From Trichomonas gallinae (Eukaryota): a DNA stretch of 64,000 nt. The position numbers were made by a program, and so were the translations under genes. Positions 1 to 10,134 of the stretch are shown here, in pieces. The DNA lies in contig MRSU01003251.1 of assembly GCA_008369845.1 (NCBI GenBank), positions 1 through 64,000 on the forward strand, read 5' to 3'. The first letter of the stretch is position 1. Each line of letters begins with the position of its first letter. The notes under the pieces are model-generated. The model was not told where the DNA came from and ran no database searches. It worked only from the letters and a program-made list of their open reading frames with translations.

Positions 1-29
1 TTTTTTTTTTTTTTTTTTTTTTTTTTTTT
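1..29. repeat. Poly-T tract (poly-A on minus strand), truncated by window edge
   Basis: 29 consecutive T at positions 1-29. Confidence 0.95.
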
Positions 30-227
30 GATTGGGCTCCTATCACCTAAATCGCCTACGTACGATTTGCGGAGCATCAGTCATAGATGATTGACTATGC
101 AATGTTATGAGATAATTCATGATTTAACCAATATTTTATAAAATCGAATAATTTGAAGGAAAAAGTCTGATTTGTCAGAGGCTTCGTTAAAATAGAATCA
201 ATTATAAAGTTAAAATCCATAAATTAA

Positions 228-723
228 TTAAATTGCACCTTGAGCTTTCAATGTTTTTGCGATTTCATTTGCTTTATCACACATCAAAACTGTTTTGTTG
301 TATTCATTTCTTGCGTTGAAATCTATTCCAGGAACTGTGAGAAGGAGTTTGACAACTTCATGATGACATCCTTCTGAAGCATTAAACAAAGCTGTCCAAC
401 CACTATTGTCTTTTGCGTTGATATCTATTCCAGGAACTGTGAGTAGAAGTTTGACATCTTCATTATGACCATAATATGAAACTCAAAATCAAAGCTGTCC
501 AGCTGTCTTTGGTTTTTGCGTTGACATCTATTCCAGAAACTGTGAGAGGCAGTTTGTCAGCTTCAGGATTACAAGGTAATAAAGCAAGTCTTAAAGCTCC
601 ATTAATATCAAAATTTTGTGTTTTGATGATAAATCTAAGAAAATCAGAATACTTGGAAATAATATGGCTATAATTGTTGATTCCATTGAATTCTATAGAT
701 ACTTTTATAATTTAGACCGCCAT
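228..723 (-). pseudogene. Ankyrin-repeat protein pseudogene
   Basis: Manual minus-strand translation gives LTVSGIDVNAKTKDSWTAL / GHNEDVKLLLTVPGIDINAKDNSGWTALFNASEGCHHEVVKLLLTVPGIDFNARNE. DNA repeat TCTATTCCAG at 322, 424 and 527 (spacing 102 and 103, implying a 1-nt frameshift). In-frame TAA at codon 4 after the ATG at 723; terminal TAA at 228-230. Confidence 0.85.
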
Positions 724-831
724 TTTTCTATTTCTATTTTTGACTTTTATTTTTTACATTGACATCTTTATTGTTTACATTGTCACTTTTGATAGTCACG
801 TTTTTCATTTTTTGATTTTTAATATTTTCGA

Positions 832-1518
832 ATGTCATCAGTAGATTACAACACTAATAAGATTGTTAAACTCAAGCGCAAAATAGATGAAATCAATAAG
901 CTTTATAAGGATTTACAATCGCCTGATAGTATAGTTATGGCGAAAACAAATAATTCAATTCAGCAAATTACTGATCAAAGATTACAGCAGGTTGAAGTAT
1001 GGCGTCAGAATGAACTCGATGACGCACAACTAAATTATGATGCAACACTTAGACAAATAGCAAATGATACATTTTACCAATCAGACTTTTCAAAGGAAAG
1101 ACTAGATCACATTTTGATATTAAAACACGAATTATTATCTAAGAAATTACCAAACGCAGCAAAATACTTTAATTCACAAAATTGTCCATTTATTAAAATC
1201 TTTCTACATGAAGAAATTAGCAGAAATGTGTCGATTAATGTTGATGCACCTGAAGAGCCGTTAATTTCAATCGAAGAAGCAAAAGATTTTATCCGTGAAA
1301 AGAAACCATTGGTAAAGATAAACGACTCAGAACTGATTGTCGGAGAAAATACATTTACAATTGGAAGTAGCATGATTGTGAAGCTTGGAGACATGTCTTT
1401 AGCTGGAATTTTATCTGATTTAGTCTCAAGCACAGTTTTCTTCACTCCAACTAATGGGGAACAAATGGCTATCACTTTACAAGCCATAAATATCGGATTA
1501 GTTCAAATTCTAAAATGA
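832..1518 (+). CDS. Sds3/BRMS1-like Sin3-HDAC complex subunit (putative)
   Basis: 228-aa ORF. N-terminal coiled coil RLQQVEVWRQNELDDAQLNYDA..KERL resembles the Sds3 family pattern; the C-terminal beta-rich segment ending ITLQAINIGLVQI resembles the Sds3 C-terminal domain. M2 motif (reverse) at 782-789 upstream. Confidence 0.5.
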   Translation: MSSVDYNTNKIVKLKRKIDEINKLYKDLQSPDSIVMAKTNNSIQQITDQRLQQVEVWRQNELDDAQLNYDATLRQIANDTFYQSDFSKERLDHILILKHELLSKKLPNAAKYFNSQNCPFIKIFLHEEISRNVSINVDAPEEPLISIEEAKDFIREKKPLVKINDSELIVGENTFTIGSSMIVKLGDMSLAGILSDLVSSTVFFTPTNGEQMAITLQAINIGLVQILK

Positions 1519-1607
1519 TTTGAAAATTTCATATCTGGAATTTCAAAATATATTATTGTTTATCTTGTATTATTTATAGATTGTTCATTTAGATACTAAA
1601 TAATTAT

Positions 1608-2921
1608 TTATTCAAATCTAAATATTTTCCTTTCAATGATAATTGATGCTAAGTTTCTTATTGATTCATTTTCAGAATCAAGTAACTCTTCAAAATGTTC
1701 CAAATAATCATTTCCATTTGTAATTATTTCAAAAATATGTCTATTTCCGAGATCTGATAACGAAATCATTGATTTCAAGAATAAAATTGTAAATCTCAGT
1801 TCTGATTTATCAACAAAGTTCAATAGCATTTCAAATATGTTTTGAGAAATATTTTGTTCAATGATTTCATGGTTTTTCGAAGATATTATCTGAGTAACGC
1901 AATATGCTGCAGCTAATGATGATGTATAACTTCCATTTAGTAATGTATCGAAAATATATCTTCTTAATGTTTCATTTCCAAAAATTAATATTAAATTTTC
2001 TTCTTTCCATGATATCATGTTATTTATAACGAATAACAGATTATGATCTTCGTAATTCGATCCAATTCTATGAACTATAACATCAATTACGCCATTTTCC
2101 AGTAATATATCTGTTAAATCAATTCTATTTGACATCTTTTGAATAAAATCAATAACGCATGGAATTGTTGCATCACTAAGCTCTATTTCAAATATTACAG
2201 GCACTAATAAGTCTAATTTGATAGAATTAACTTCATTCATTCCAAATTTAATGAAATTCGAAAGAATTTTCATTGCATGAACGAAGTAATCCATATGTTT
2301 GTCATATATTATATCGTAAATAATATCAAAATTCGCTCCTGTTAACACTTCTGAATATTCGAATTTTGATAATTCAACAAATAGCTGTAAAACTGCAATA
2401 TAATAATCAGTTTGAATATCATAGTAATATAATTCTAATAAATCATCAAATGCTGTAATATCGAGAATGATTTTTGAATTTTGTTGAGAATATTTTGCGA
2501 ATGTATTAAGGACATCAATGCATTGAATTCTATATTCAATATCTAATGATTCTTCATATATGTTTTCAATCAATTTGCTTAGCACATTGTTATCTAGAAT
2601 TATCTTTTCTAATACTTTGGAATTTAGTAATAATGCATTAAGCAATCGTATTACATTAGCCGATGTATTGTAAATTATTTGTTGTTGCAGAAAATTAAAC
2701 AATAATTGCAAAATATTTTCGTCGATATCAATATACTTGAAAAGATAACTACTATCTAGCAACTGCTGCATATGTGTTTCAAGATCGTGGCTATTATCAG
2801 CACTAATGCAAACAGATTGAATGAGCTCAATGAAATCAGGGATATTTTGTGTAATTTCGTCTGATGATTCAATCTGTAGCCTATCCGATAACCGACTTTG
2901 ACTTTGCATGTCTTCAATCAT
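1608..2921 (-). CDS. ARM/HEAT-repeat protein (importin-alpha-like fold), hypothetical
   Basis: 437-aa helical, Leu/Ile-rich acidic ORF; C-terminal EHFEELLDSENESIRNLASIII resembles the end of ARM arrays. First ATG at 2921 (track start is TTG). Confidence 0.6.
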   Translation of the reverse strand: MIEDMQSQSRLSDRLQIESSDEITQNIPDFIELIQSVCISADNSHDLETHMQQLLDSSYLFKYIDIDENILQLLFNFLQQQIIYNTSANVIRLLNALLLNSKVLEKIILDNNVLSKLIENIYEESLDIEYRIQCIDVLNTFAKYSQQNSKIILDITAFDDLLELYYYDIQTDYYIAVLQLFVELSKFEYSEVLTGANFDIIYDIIYDKHMDYFVHAMKILSNFIKFGMNEVNSIKLDLLVPVIFEIELSDATIPCVIDFIQKMSNRIDLTDILLENGVIDVIVHRIGSNYEDHNLLFVINNMISWKEENLILIFGNETLRRYIFDTLLNGSYTSSLAAAYCVTQIISSKNHEIIEQNISQNIFEMLLNFVDKSELRFTILFLKSMISLSDLGNRHIFEIITNGNDYLEHFEELLDSENESIRNLASIIIERKIFRFE

Positions 2922-3269
2922 CAATAAATACTTTCAAGCAAAATTGATAAAGACGCAAATATAAAAATGGTCCTAATATTATTATTATACGAATAAAAAC
3001 CTATATTAATTGTAATTCGTAAAATTATTCATTAAATAAACAATTTTTGATAATTGATTAAAAATATTTCACTTAAGAATAAACAAACACATTTAAAACA
3101 ACAAACTTTGCTATCAATAGCAACATGCATAAATAATATATGAAAAATACAGAAAACAATAGATAAGGTAAAAAAAAATCAAGCAAAATATGCCAAAATT
3201 CTTTGTGTACTCTGTGATTTTTCAGCACAAGATCATAATTATGCGCCGAATAACCGTGTTTTCGTCAAT

Positions 3270-3650
3270 TTATACGTATTTGATTGAAGCTCTTCCGTTT
3301 GCCCCAGTATGTGTTCGCTGGCCACGCCTGGAGTTAATTGGTGTAACTGTTGGCGTTTTATGAGGGCCCATCGGTCTAAATGTTGTTCTTCGTGTTTCTG
3401 CTTGTGATGTTTTAACTGATCGCATTTGTTCTGTAGAAACATCGTTTTTGAGCTCATTGTAAACATCCATTGCGAATTGATTTGCGATAACTTGTATCAT
3501 CGTTTCAACATCTTGAACAGTTGTCGTATCTTCATCAATAGAGCCGAAATTTGCAAAGAGTTGGCCTGTCCCATCAGAAGGAGTGGCAAACACGGAGCGC
3601 CATTGATTGCATTCTCTCCAAACGTTAGGTTCGTTAAAAACTGTTGACAT
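3270..3650 (-). CDS. Hypothetical protein (126 aa)
   Basis: Coding-like composition. ATG at 3650 (MSTVFNEP...); the track's TTG start lies within the upstream tandem repeat. Confidence 0.7.
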   Translation of the reverse strand: MSTVFNEPNVWRECNQWRSVFATPSDGTGQLFANFGSIDEDTTTVQDVETMIQVIANQFAMDVYNELKNDVSTEQMRSVKTSQAETRRTTFRPMGPHKTPTVTPINSRRGQRTHTGANGRASIKYV

Positions 3651-3652
3651 GA

Positions 3653-3740
3653 AAAATTTAACATTAGGGGCTGACAAAATTAATTAGGGGTGAATTAAAA
3701 TTTAACATTAGGGGCTGATAAAATTATTGAGGGGTAAATT
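3653..3740. repeat. 44-bp tandem duplication with four GGGG tracts
   Basis: aaaatttaacattaggggctgacaaaattaattaggggtgaatt (3653-3696) and aaaatttaacattaggggctgataaaattattgaggggtaaatt (3697-3740). Confidence 0.9.
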
Positions 3741-4160
3741 ATAATTTATAAGAAAATGGCCAACCACAATCAATATATAAGAATCATACAGCATATTAAT
3801 TTAAAATCTAAAAGAAAAGGTTCGAATATCTCTATAAAATTCTAAATCAAAATGAAAAATTTCTTCAAATTATGATTTGAAATAATTTTCAAAATATATT
3901 TGATTTTAATTTTATCTACTGAGGATAATTTTAGATTGTTACTGTAATGATGGAAAAAAATTGATTTCGATAAAAATTATTAAAGGCAAAATTATAGATG
4001 AATTAGATTTTATTAATATACAGATGCCAAATATCATAATATTAAAATACAAAAGGCTGCAGTCATTACTATATTAATATTATCCCATCGATGATTTCGT
4101 AAAATCTTAATAAAAGTGACAGATTTTATTGACGATGCAAATTGAAAGGCACTTTTCAGA

Positions 4161-4469
4161 ATGTTTGCTCTCTTCCTTGCTCGCGTTCTCTGCGAGGACA
4201 ATGACGAAATACAGCTGTTGAACATTGGAAAAGTAGGTGAAATAGCCATTCCTGCTGGCACAATGGTCTTCTTAACCATTCTTTCTATTTTATCTTACGT
4301 TGCTTGTGGCCGCCACCTCGATGATGATGTTCCACTTGAAAAGATCATGATATTGGATGATATGTCAGGATCAGCAAGCCTCGATGAAGGCTCTACAAAC
4401 AAAGATGAAGAGGGCAACGAAGAAGTTGAAGATCCAAATGCTCAACCAGTTGTCATCGATGAGCTTTAA
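4161..4469 (+). CDS. Small membrane protein (signal peptide, one TM, acidic tail)
   Basis: MFALFLARVLC signal-like start, hydrophobic AIPAGTMVFLTILSILSYVAC, D/E-rich C-terminus. AAAGTGAC at 4113-4120 upstream. Confidence 0.75.
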   Translation: MFALFLARVLCEDNDEIQLLNIGKVGEIAIPAGTMVFLTILSILSYVACGRHLDDDVPLEKIMILDDMSGSASLDEGSTNKDEEGNEEVEDPNAQPVVIDEL

Positions 4470-4900
4470 GAATTTTACATTCCTCATATATCAATATAGA
4501 ATAAATACTGTATTTGTTATTTTGTATTATCAATCTTTGTCTTTGAGTCTTATTGCTTTGTCGACAGCCTCATCTGAGTATATATTTTGATGCGCACATT
4601 TGCAATTCAGATTTAGATTAAAAGTTAATTATTCAGGATTTATTTTCGTTATTTGATGAGTAAGATCTATTTTAAACCGTTTCTTAACTGACAAAACCTA
4701 ATAATTTTGTATGCTTTTTATAGGTTGCCATTGATAATTTTTGAAATCATTAAAATCCCCTGATTAAAACTATCAGACCCATTTCTAAATATATTGGCAT
4801 GTAAAATATTTACAAAGCAAAAAATATTGAGATGCAGAATATTTACATGACAAATTGACGATAAGTAAAAATATATTCGTTATTTATTATTTTTTTTTAG

Positions 4901-5215
4901 ATGAGTACAAAAGCTTTGATAGAATCATGGAACAATGGCTGGCTCGCTTCAATTTCAGAGCCATATAAGGACGAAAACAACAATACATGGCTTGACGTGA
5001 AGTTTTCCCAGCCAACAAACACAAAACCAATTCCAACACATTTCGTTTCCGTCAGATTTCGCTTAGAAGATGGAAAACCAGTTACATATCTCGTCGAGTG
5101 CGATAAAACAGAGAAAGAAGTCTCCTATGCAATTACAGATGCAACACTTAAAATGTATTTAAGAATCAAGTCAAAAGGTGGTGCTTGTGCGCAAGCCCTT
5201 GGACTTATCGAATAA
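4901..5215 (+). CDS. AKAP28/AKAP14-like small protein (putative)
   Basis: VKFSQPTNTKPIPTHFVSVRF...VTYLVE resembles the AKAP28-family motif VxWSxPTxxxPIPxxxxxVxF...YxxE. Confidence 0.5.
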   Translation: MSTKALIESWNNGWLASISEPYKDENNNTWLDVKFSQPTNTKPIPTHFVSVRFRLEDGKPVTYLVECDKTEKEVSYAITDATLKMYLRIKSKGGACAQALGLIE

Positions 5216-5458
5216 ACTGTACGATTGTTTTTGATATATAACAAAGATTAATAATATTAAATTTATATTCGATAAAAATGGCCAAAATTATGTTAAAATG
5301 ACTGCTATCAACATCTTGAACACGTGTTTTATTAAAAATACAAGATATATTTTGAAAATTCTAAAATATTGTGATTTTTGTTGTTTTCTGTTGAAAATAG
5401 ATTTACTATGTCAATTAGTATATGAATATGTGATTATTTTTGATCTAAAATAGACACA

Positions 5459-5483
5459 AAAGTGACTGATTTTGAAAAGTGAC
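5459..5483 (+). promoter_or_regulatory. Tandem M2-type core promoter motifs (AAAGTGAC x2)
   Basis: AAAGTGAC at 5459-5466 and 5476-5483, just upstream of the ATG at 5497; matches the Trichomonas vaginalis M2 motif. Other copies at 782, 4113, 8104, 11092, 31684, 31755, 31782, 50000, 50057 and 50375. Confidence 0.7.
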
Positions 5484-5496
5484 AATTGATTTAAGA

Positions 5497-8094
5497 ATGG
5501 ATATGCAGCGATTGGCTGAGCTGAGAGCTGCAATCAATGGCTTAAATGATGCAGATCCGCATGTTAGAGAAAAGAATTTAAACACTTGTCGCGATTTTCA
5601 AAGACCACAAAAATTCGATTTTGCAATTTTTTGTCAATTAACGAGTTCAACTTCTCATCTCAACGAAAGAATATTTGGATATAATACGATTACATATTTG
5701 ATAAGAGATAAGTCAAATGAAATGTCTGTGCAATTAAAGTTAAATCTTGCTTCAGCTTTTCCTTTTGAGAGCGAAAAAGATTTACAAGAAGATCCATTAT
5801 TACCAACTATTGCTCGCGCTGCGGCCGCATATCTCGCTTACGTTGCAACTAATGAAATAATTCAAAATTTCTATAGAAAATATATGGAAAAATGCTTAAA
5901 ATTTGTTACATACGTTTTTTCTGAAATGGTAGCCTTTATATTTCCAAAAGAATTCCCACGTTCTCGTTCAGATGTTTTCAAATACTTCAATGACGTCCAA
6001 ATACCTTCTCTTATTTATAGTTTACTTTTTGAACCCCTTAAGAATAGTCCTATAGGTAGTGATGACTTCAGTTTTTACTTATTTTTGTTAGCTGAAATTC
6101 ATCAAAATGCGCAAGCGATTATCGAGAAAAATCTAACTAATGAAGAATTAGTCAACGTATATTATGATTTAATACCACTTTTATGGCAGCCAACTGATAA
6201 TTCAATTGTTCCGATATTTGAAACTCTTTTAGAATGCGAACAATGTCCTGCACACTTTATAACTCGCATTTTAGAAACTGTTGATACAATTATTCCCAAT
6301 TTTATTGGATTATTTATATTTGATCATTCAATTGATTCAGAAAGTTTCAATGGAATGCTTCAAGCTTTTCATATACGTCTAAGATTGATCCCAATAATTA
6401 TGTTAAAGATAAATCCAAAGGAATTGTCGGATCTTTTATATTTATGCGGAGATATTCTTGAATCTATTGCTCCTTCTGTTCTCCTTGAGACAGCGACATC
6501 TCTTTGCACTGTATTCAAGACAAGCTCAATCACAACGTCAAAAGAATTCCAAAAAGAATGCAAAGATGCGAGATTGAGAATTTTCGATGTTTGTATGGCC
6601 CAGCTTATCCACCCAATGGAGAAATTACCAGGAAAAAGATATGACGACTCATGGACACAGCAGCAGCTAACGCAGGCCTTAAACGAAGTAATCAAATGCA
6701 TAACAGAATTATATGATTTCGAAGATATTATTCCAATACTTTTTACCGCTTTGTCAAGTGATATGGGAAAAGTCCGCTGCTTTCAAGTCATGCTCAAGAC
6801 TCTGACATTTGTTTTAGGCACAGAAAGAACAGTTTCAAAGAAAATTGGTCAGTTATGTGTACAAGTGACAATAGACCTTTTGAGTTCAATAAATATGTAC
6901 GAGTCAAAGATACAATCGAAAATTTGTCAGTTTTTGAACAAACTAATTCCATATATGGTTTTTGTTGAATACAAAGAAGATGATTTCTTCCAGGAATTAA
7001 TTGATTTATTGATAGAAGCCAAGCCTGTCTGCTTGGATCCATTTTCACAGTATGTTATGCAGTTCACAGACAGATTCAAAAACATTACATTGCCGCTGGA
7101 AAAATTGCAAAGCATTCCCCAGAAACATCCCGTCTTTACTCCAGCAAATAAAATCATCGCGAAGTTTGTAGACCAGACACCGAACTCAGCGGACACAACA
7201 ATAGAAAAAGCAATCGCAGAGCTAGAATGGCTGGCAAATGGAATAGACGCGCATGATCAACAGCATCTAAAGAGACTAACTACAGAAGTTAACCGTTCAT
7301 TCGGAATTATTGCGTCATTAAATGTCAGCGAAAGTGAAGTTGATGTTTCTAAATTATGCAATTTGCTGATACAGTGCTCAAACACATTAGTTAAAATATC
7401 AGATAATACTACAAAAGATTCAATAGCTGGTATAGTTATCGGCGCAGTCACACAATTAAGTGCATCACTCAATCATATGCTTAAACTTGTTCCTCTTCAG
7501 TTAATCAGCGCATTAAGAGATTTGCACAGTCCGACAGTCTACAAAACATGCTCTGTTGTCTGGCTGAAGAAAATCGGTGTTCCGCTTTTGACTCAGTTAT
7601 ATCCAGTTAACTCAGATATCATCAAAGATTGTGCGTCACAAATTTGTTATTACTTCCAGGAGATGTTCATTGTCATGGATTTGTCGCCTAATGGGCAGAG
7701 CGTCAAGAAGAAAGTTGCTATGAGATTATGCGAATTATGTGAGATGATTTCAAACAAACAGGCGACACAAGTCTTAAAGTGCTGCTTGTTGATTAATGAT
7801 TTAGGAGTTTTCTCATCAGTTGTTTCTGCAATTTCTAAGAAAGATTTTGAGGTTTTATTCGATTTGTGGAAAGTCTTGTTATCAAAGAAAGATCAGCAGT
7901 CGTATGAAAAAATCGCAGAAATCTTGTACAAATACTTAACAATGTCTGGAGGAATGAATGTTTCAATTTTCGGGACATTGCCTGGAGTATCTAAAGAAGC
8001 ATTTGAGCAGCTGAAGTCAAGAATTTCTCAAGCATCATCTGCTAAAAGTAGAAGAAGGATTTTCAGGTCTTTCATCCAATCTGTAAATATTTAA
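5497..8094 (+). CDS. Karyopherin-beta/exportin-like HEAT-repeat protein
   Basis: ~865-aa helical ORF. N-terminus (DPHVREKNLNTCRDFQ...ERIFGYNTITYLIR) resembles an importin-beta N-terminal domain. ATG at 5497; the track's GTG start is inside the M2 motif. Confidence 0.55.
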   Translation: MDMQRLAELRAAINGLNDADPHVREKNLNTCRDFQRPQKFDFAIFCQLTSSTSHLNERIFGYNTITYLIRDKSNEMSVQLKLNLASAFPFESEKDLQEDPLLPTIARAAAAYLAYVATNEIIQNFYRKYMEKCLKFVTYVFSEMVAFIFPKEFPRSRSDVFKYFNDVQIPSLIYSLLFEPLKNSPIGSDDFSFYLFLLAEIHQNAQAIIEKNLTNEELVNVYYDLIPLLWQPTDNSIVPIFETLLECEQCPAHFITRILETVDTIIPNFIGLFIFDHSIDSESFNGMLQAFHIRLRLIPIIMLKINPKELSDLLYLCGDILESIAPSVLLETATSLCTVFKTSSITTSKEFQKECKDARLRIFDVCMAQLIHPMEKLPGKRYDDSWTQQQLTQALNEVIKCITELYDFEDIIPILFTALSSDMGKVRCFQVMLKTLTFVLGTERTVSKKIGQLCVQVTIDLLSSINMYESKIQSKICQFLNKLIPYMVFVEYKEDDFFQELIDLLIEAKPVCLDPFSQYVMQFTDRFKNITLPLEKLQSIPQKHPVFTPANKIIAKFVDQTPNSADTTIEKAIAELEWLANGIDAHDQQHLKRLTTEVNRSFGIIASLNVSESEVDVSKLCNLLIQCSNTLVKISDNTTKDSIAGIVIGAVTQLSASLNHMLKLVPLQLISALRDLHSPTVYKTCSVVWLKKIGVPLLTQLYPVNSDIIKDCASQICYYFQEMFIVMDLSPNGQSVKKKVAMRLCELCEMISNKQATQVLKCCLLINDLGVFSSVVSAISKKDFEVLFDLWKVLLSKKDQQSYEKIAEILYKYLTMSGGMNVSIFGTLPGVSKEAFEQLKSRISQASSAKSRRRIFRSFIQSVNI

Positions 8095-8139
8095 AATAAA
8101 ATTGTCACTTTTTTGATGTGATGTTGTAATGAATATTTT

Positions 8140-10134
8140 ATGGAAGACTACGAAGTTCTCTTTAAAATGGCTTTTCCTGAATGGGTTGGTCCTATTCCAC
8201 CATTACCCGATACCCTCAACATCACAGAAGACGAAAATTTCACAAATCAAGAAGAAAATCTTCAATCTTCAGAAAATGACAAATATATTCAAGATAATGA
8301 ACCTATTCAGGAAGAAAACATTTCTCAACAGAATTTCTTAGATAGCTCCGATGATTTAGAAGCAAATGAAATTGATTTGGACACATCACAAGAAATTCAG
8401 CCAGAAACACTTGAATTAAATACAAATGAAGATATAATACCAGAAGATGTATCAGTATCAAATGATGATACCGAAGAAAATGATAATTATAATGATTCTG
8501 ATGATATTGAAGCATTTCTATGGGAAATTACAAGTGATAATGGATCAAAGAATACTACATATGGTAAGCAAAGGCTTACAAAGCAATATCCACAGAAAAT
8601 TAGCGAAATCAAAATTTATCGCAAAGATGGTGAATGTTTTAAGTCAAATGGTAATGATGATTGTTTCTATAATGCAATCAATATCATTCCAAACGTTACA
8701 TGGGCATTTGCCCTTGATCCAAAAATAGCAGAAAATTATACAGTTATTGATCCATTTGTTTTAGAATGGTTGCTGAACACAGAGTCTTTTGAAGAATGTG
8801 ATGCATTGATGCCACTAAACAAGTTCCAAAATCTCAAAGAAGAATCGAAAATTGTTGATTTAATTGAAAGATCATTAACTTTATGGGAAACAATCAAAAA
8901 AGAGAATCTTTATGATTGGTATATCAACATAGAACTTCCACATCTTCGTGTTATGGGACAAATTCATCAACAAACTTTCAAATTGGATATATCTGCGATA
9001 AAAATGGAAAAGATGCGAGTTGAGAACGATCAGAAACTTGTTTCATCACAGATATACGAGATGAGTGGTGAAAAGTTCAACATTTTGAGTCCATTCGAAG
9101 TCAGCAATATATTATATGATAAAATGAAATTAGGACCCAAAAATATATTATCTGATTCCAAAATCGATAGCAGACACAGAACAACTCATCACAGAGAATT
9201 CGCACCTACAAATTTAGACGCTTTGAACGCAATCAATCATCCAATTGTTGACTTGATAAAGAAATATCGCTCGCTATACAAATTATCATCAAATTGGCTA
9301 TCTTTTGACGAAAAAGCTGATTTTGAAGGCTATTTGCATCCATGGTTATTGATCTGCTCAACAGCAACAGGAAGAATATCAACAGTCAACCCAAACCTCC
9401 AAAACATTCCAGCAGTTGATGAAAACTTGAACATAAGAAAGTTTTTCAAGCCACCAAATAAATCAACACTTTTGAGCGTCGACTATTCACAGCTTGAACT
9501 TCGAATATTGGCGCATTTCAGCTGTGATTCATTGCTGGTTTCGCTTTGCAAAATGAAGGATGTTGATATTCACACGATGATTGCTCGCCAACTGTTTTCT
9601 ACTTCATATACAACACCACAAATGCGTGATGAAGCTAAAACTGCTGTCTACGCAACAATATACGGAAAACGTTGGGGAAATGACAAATATAGTCAGATGT
9701 CAAATGTTTTGGATGCTTTTCCTGGTATAAATGCTTTCATCAATCGTTCACTAAAGCAGGCTAAAGCATACAAGCAAGTTAAAACGTTTTCAGGCAAAAT
9801 CAGAAAATTGCCAAATCTCGATGCAAAAGGCAGCGATATGCGAAGAGATGAAAGGATTGCAGTAAACACAATAATACAAGGAAGTGCTGCTGATTTCGTC
9901 AAGTTTGCTTTATTAAAAGTGATGAAAGAAACTGGACTGGTTCCAATACTACAGTTACACGATGAATGGCTCTTCGAAACAGATGAAGTGCCAGGAACTG
10001 ATGAATTCAAGAGATTAATCGATGAATTAAGAAAATCAGCAGAATGTGCTGAAGAATTCGGATTTAAAGTTCCAATTCCTGTGAAAATCTCTGCAGGTCC
10101 ATCATTTGGTGAACTCAAAGAAATAATTTTTTGA
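8140..10134 (+). CDS. Family A DNA polymerase, Pol theta/nu-like polymerase domain
   Basis: TATGRISTVNPNLQNIP, motif A DYSQLELRILAHFS, motif B RDEAKTAVYATIYG, ERIAVNTIIQGSAADFVK, motif C ILQLHDE; acidic low-complexity N-terminus. Confidence 0.92.
   Translation: MEDYEVLFKMAFPEWVGPIPPLPDTLNITEDENFTNQEENLQSSENDKYIQDNEPIQEENISQQNFLDSSDDLEANEIDLDTSQEIQPETLELNTNEDIIPEDVSVSNDDTEENDNYNDSDDIEAFLWEITSDNGSKNTTYGKQRLTKQYPQKISEIKIYRKDGECFKSNGNDDCFYNAINIIPNVTWAFALDPKIAENYTVIDPFVLEWLLNTESFEECDALMPLNKFQNLKEESKIVDLIERSLTLWETIKKENLYDWYINIELPHLRVMGQIHQQTFKLDISAIKMEKMRVENDQKLVSSQIYEMSGEKFNILSPFEVSNILYDKMKLGPKNILSDSKIDSRHRTTHHREFAPTNLDALNAINHPIVDLIKKYRSLYKLSSNWLSFDEKADFEGYLHPWLLICSTATGRISTVNPNLQNIPAVDENLNIRKFFKPPNKSTLLSVDYSQLELRILAHFSCDSLLVSLCKMKDVDIHTMIARQLFSTSYTTPQMRDEAKTAVYATIYGKRWGNDKYSQMSNVLDAFPGINAFINRSLKQAKAYKQVKTFSGKIRKLPNLDAKGSDMRRDERIAVNTIIQGSAADFVKFALLKVMKETGLVPILQLHDEWLFETDEVPGTDEFKRLIDELRKSAECAEEFGFKVPIPVKISAGPSFGELKEIIF

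Noticed and set aside
476..673. 65-aa plus-strand ORF
   Set aside because: Antisense shadow of the ankyrin pseudogene.
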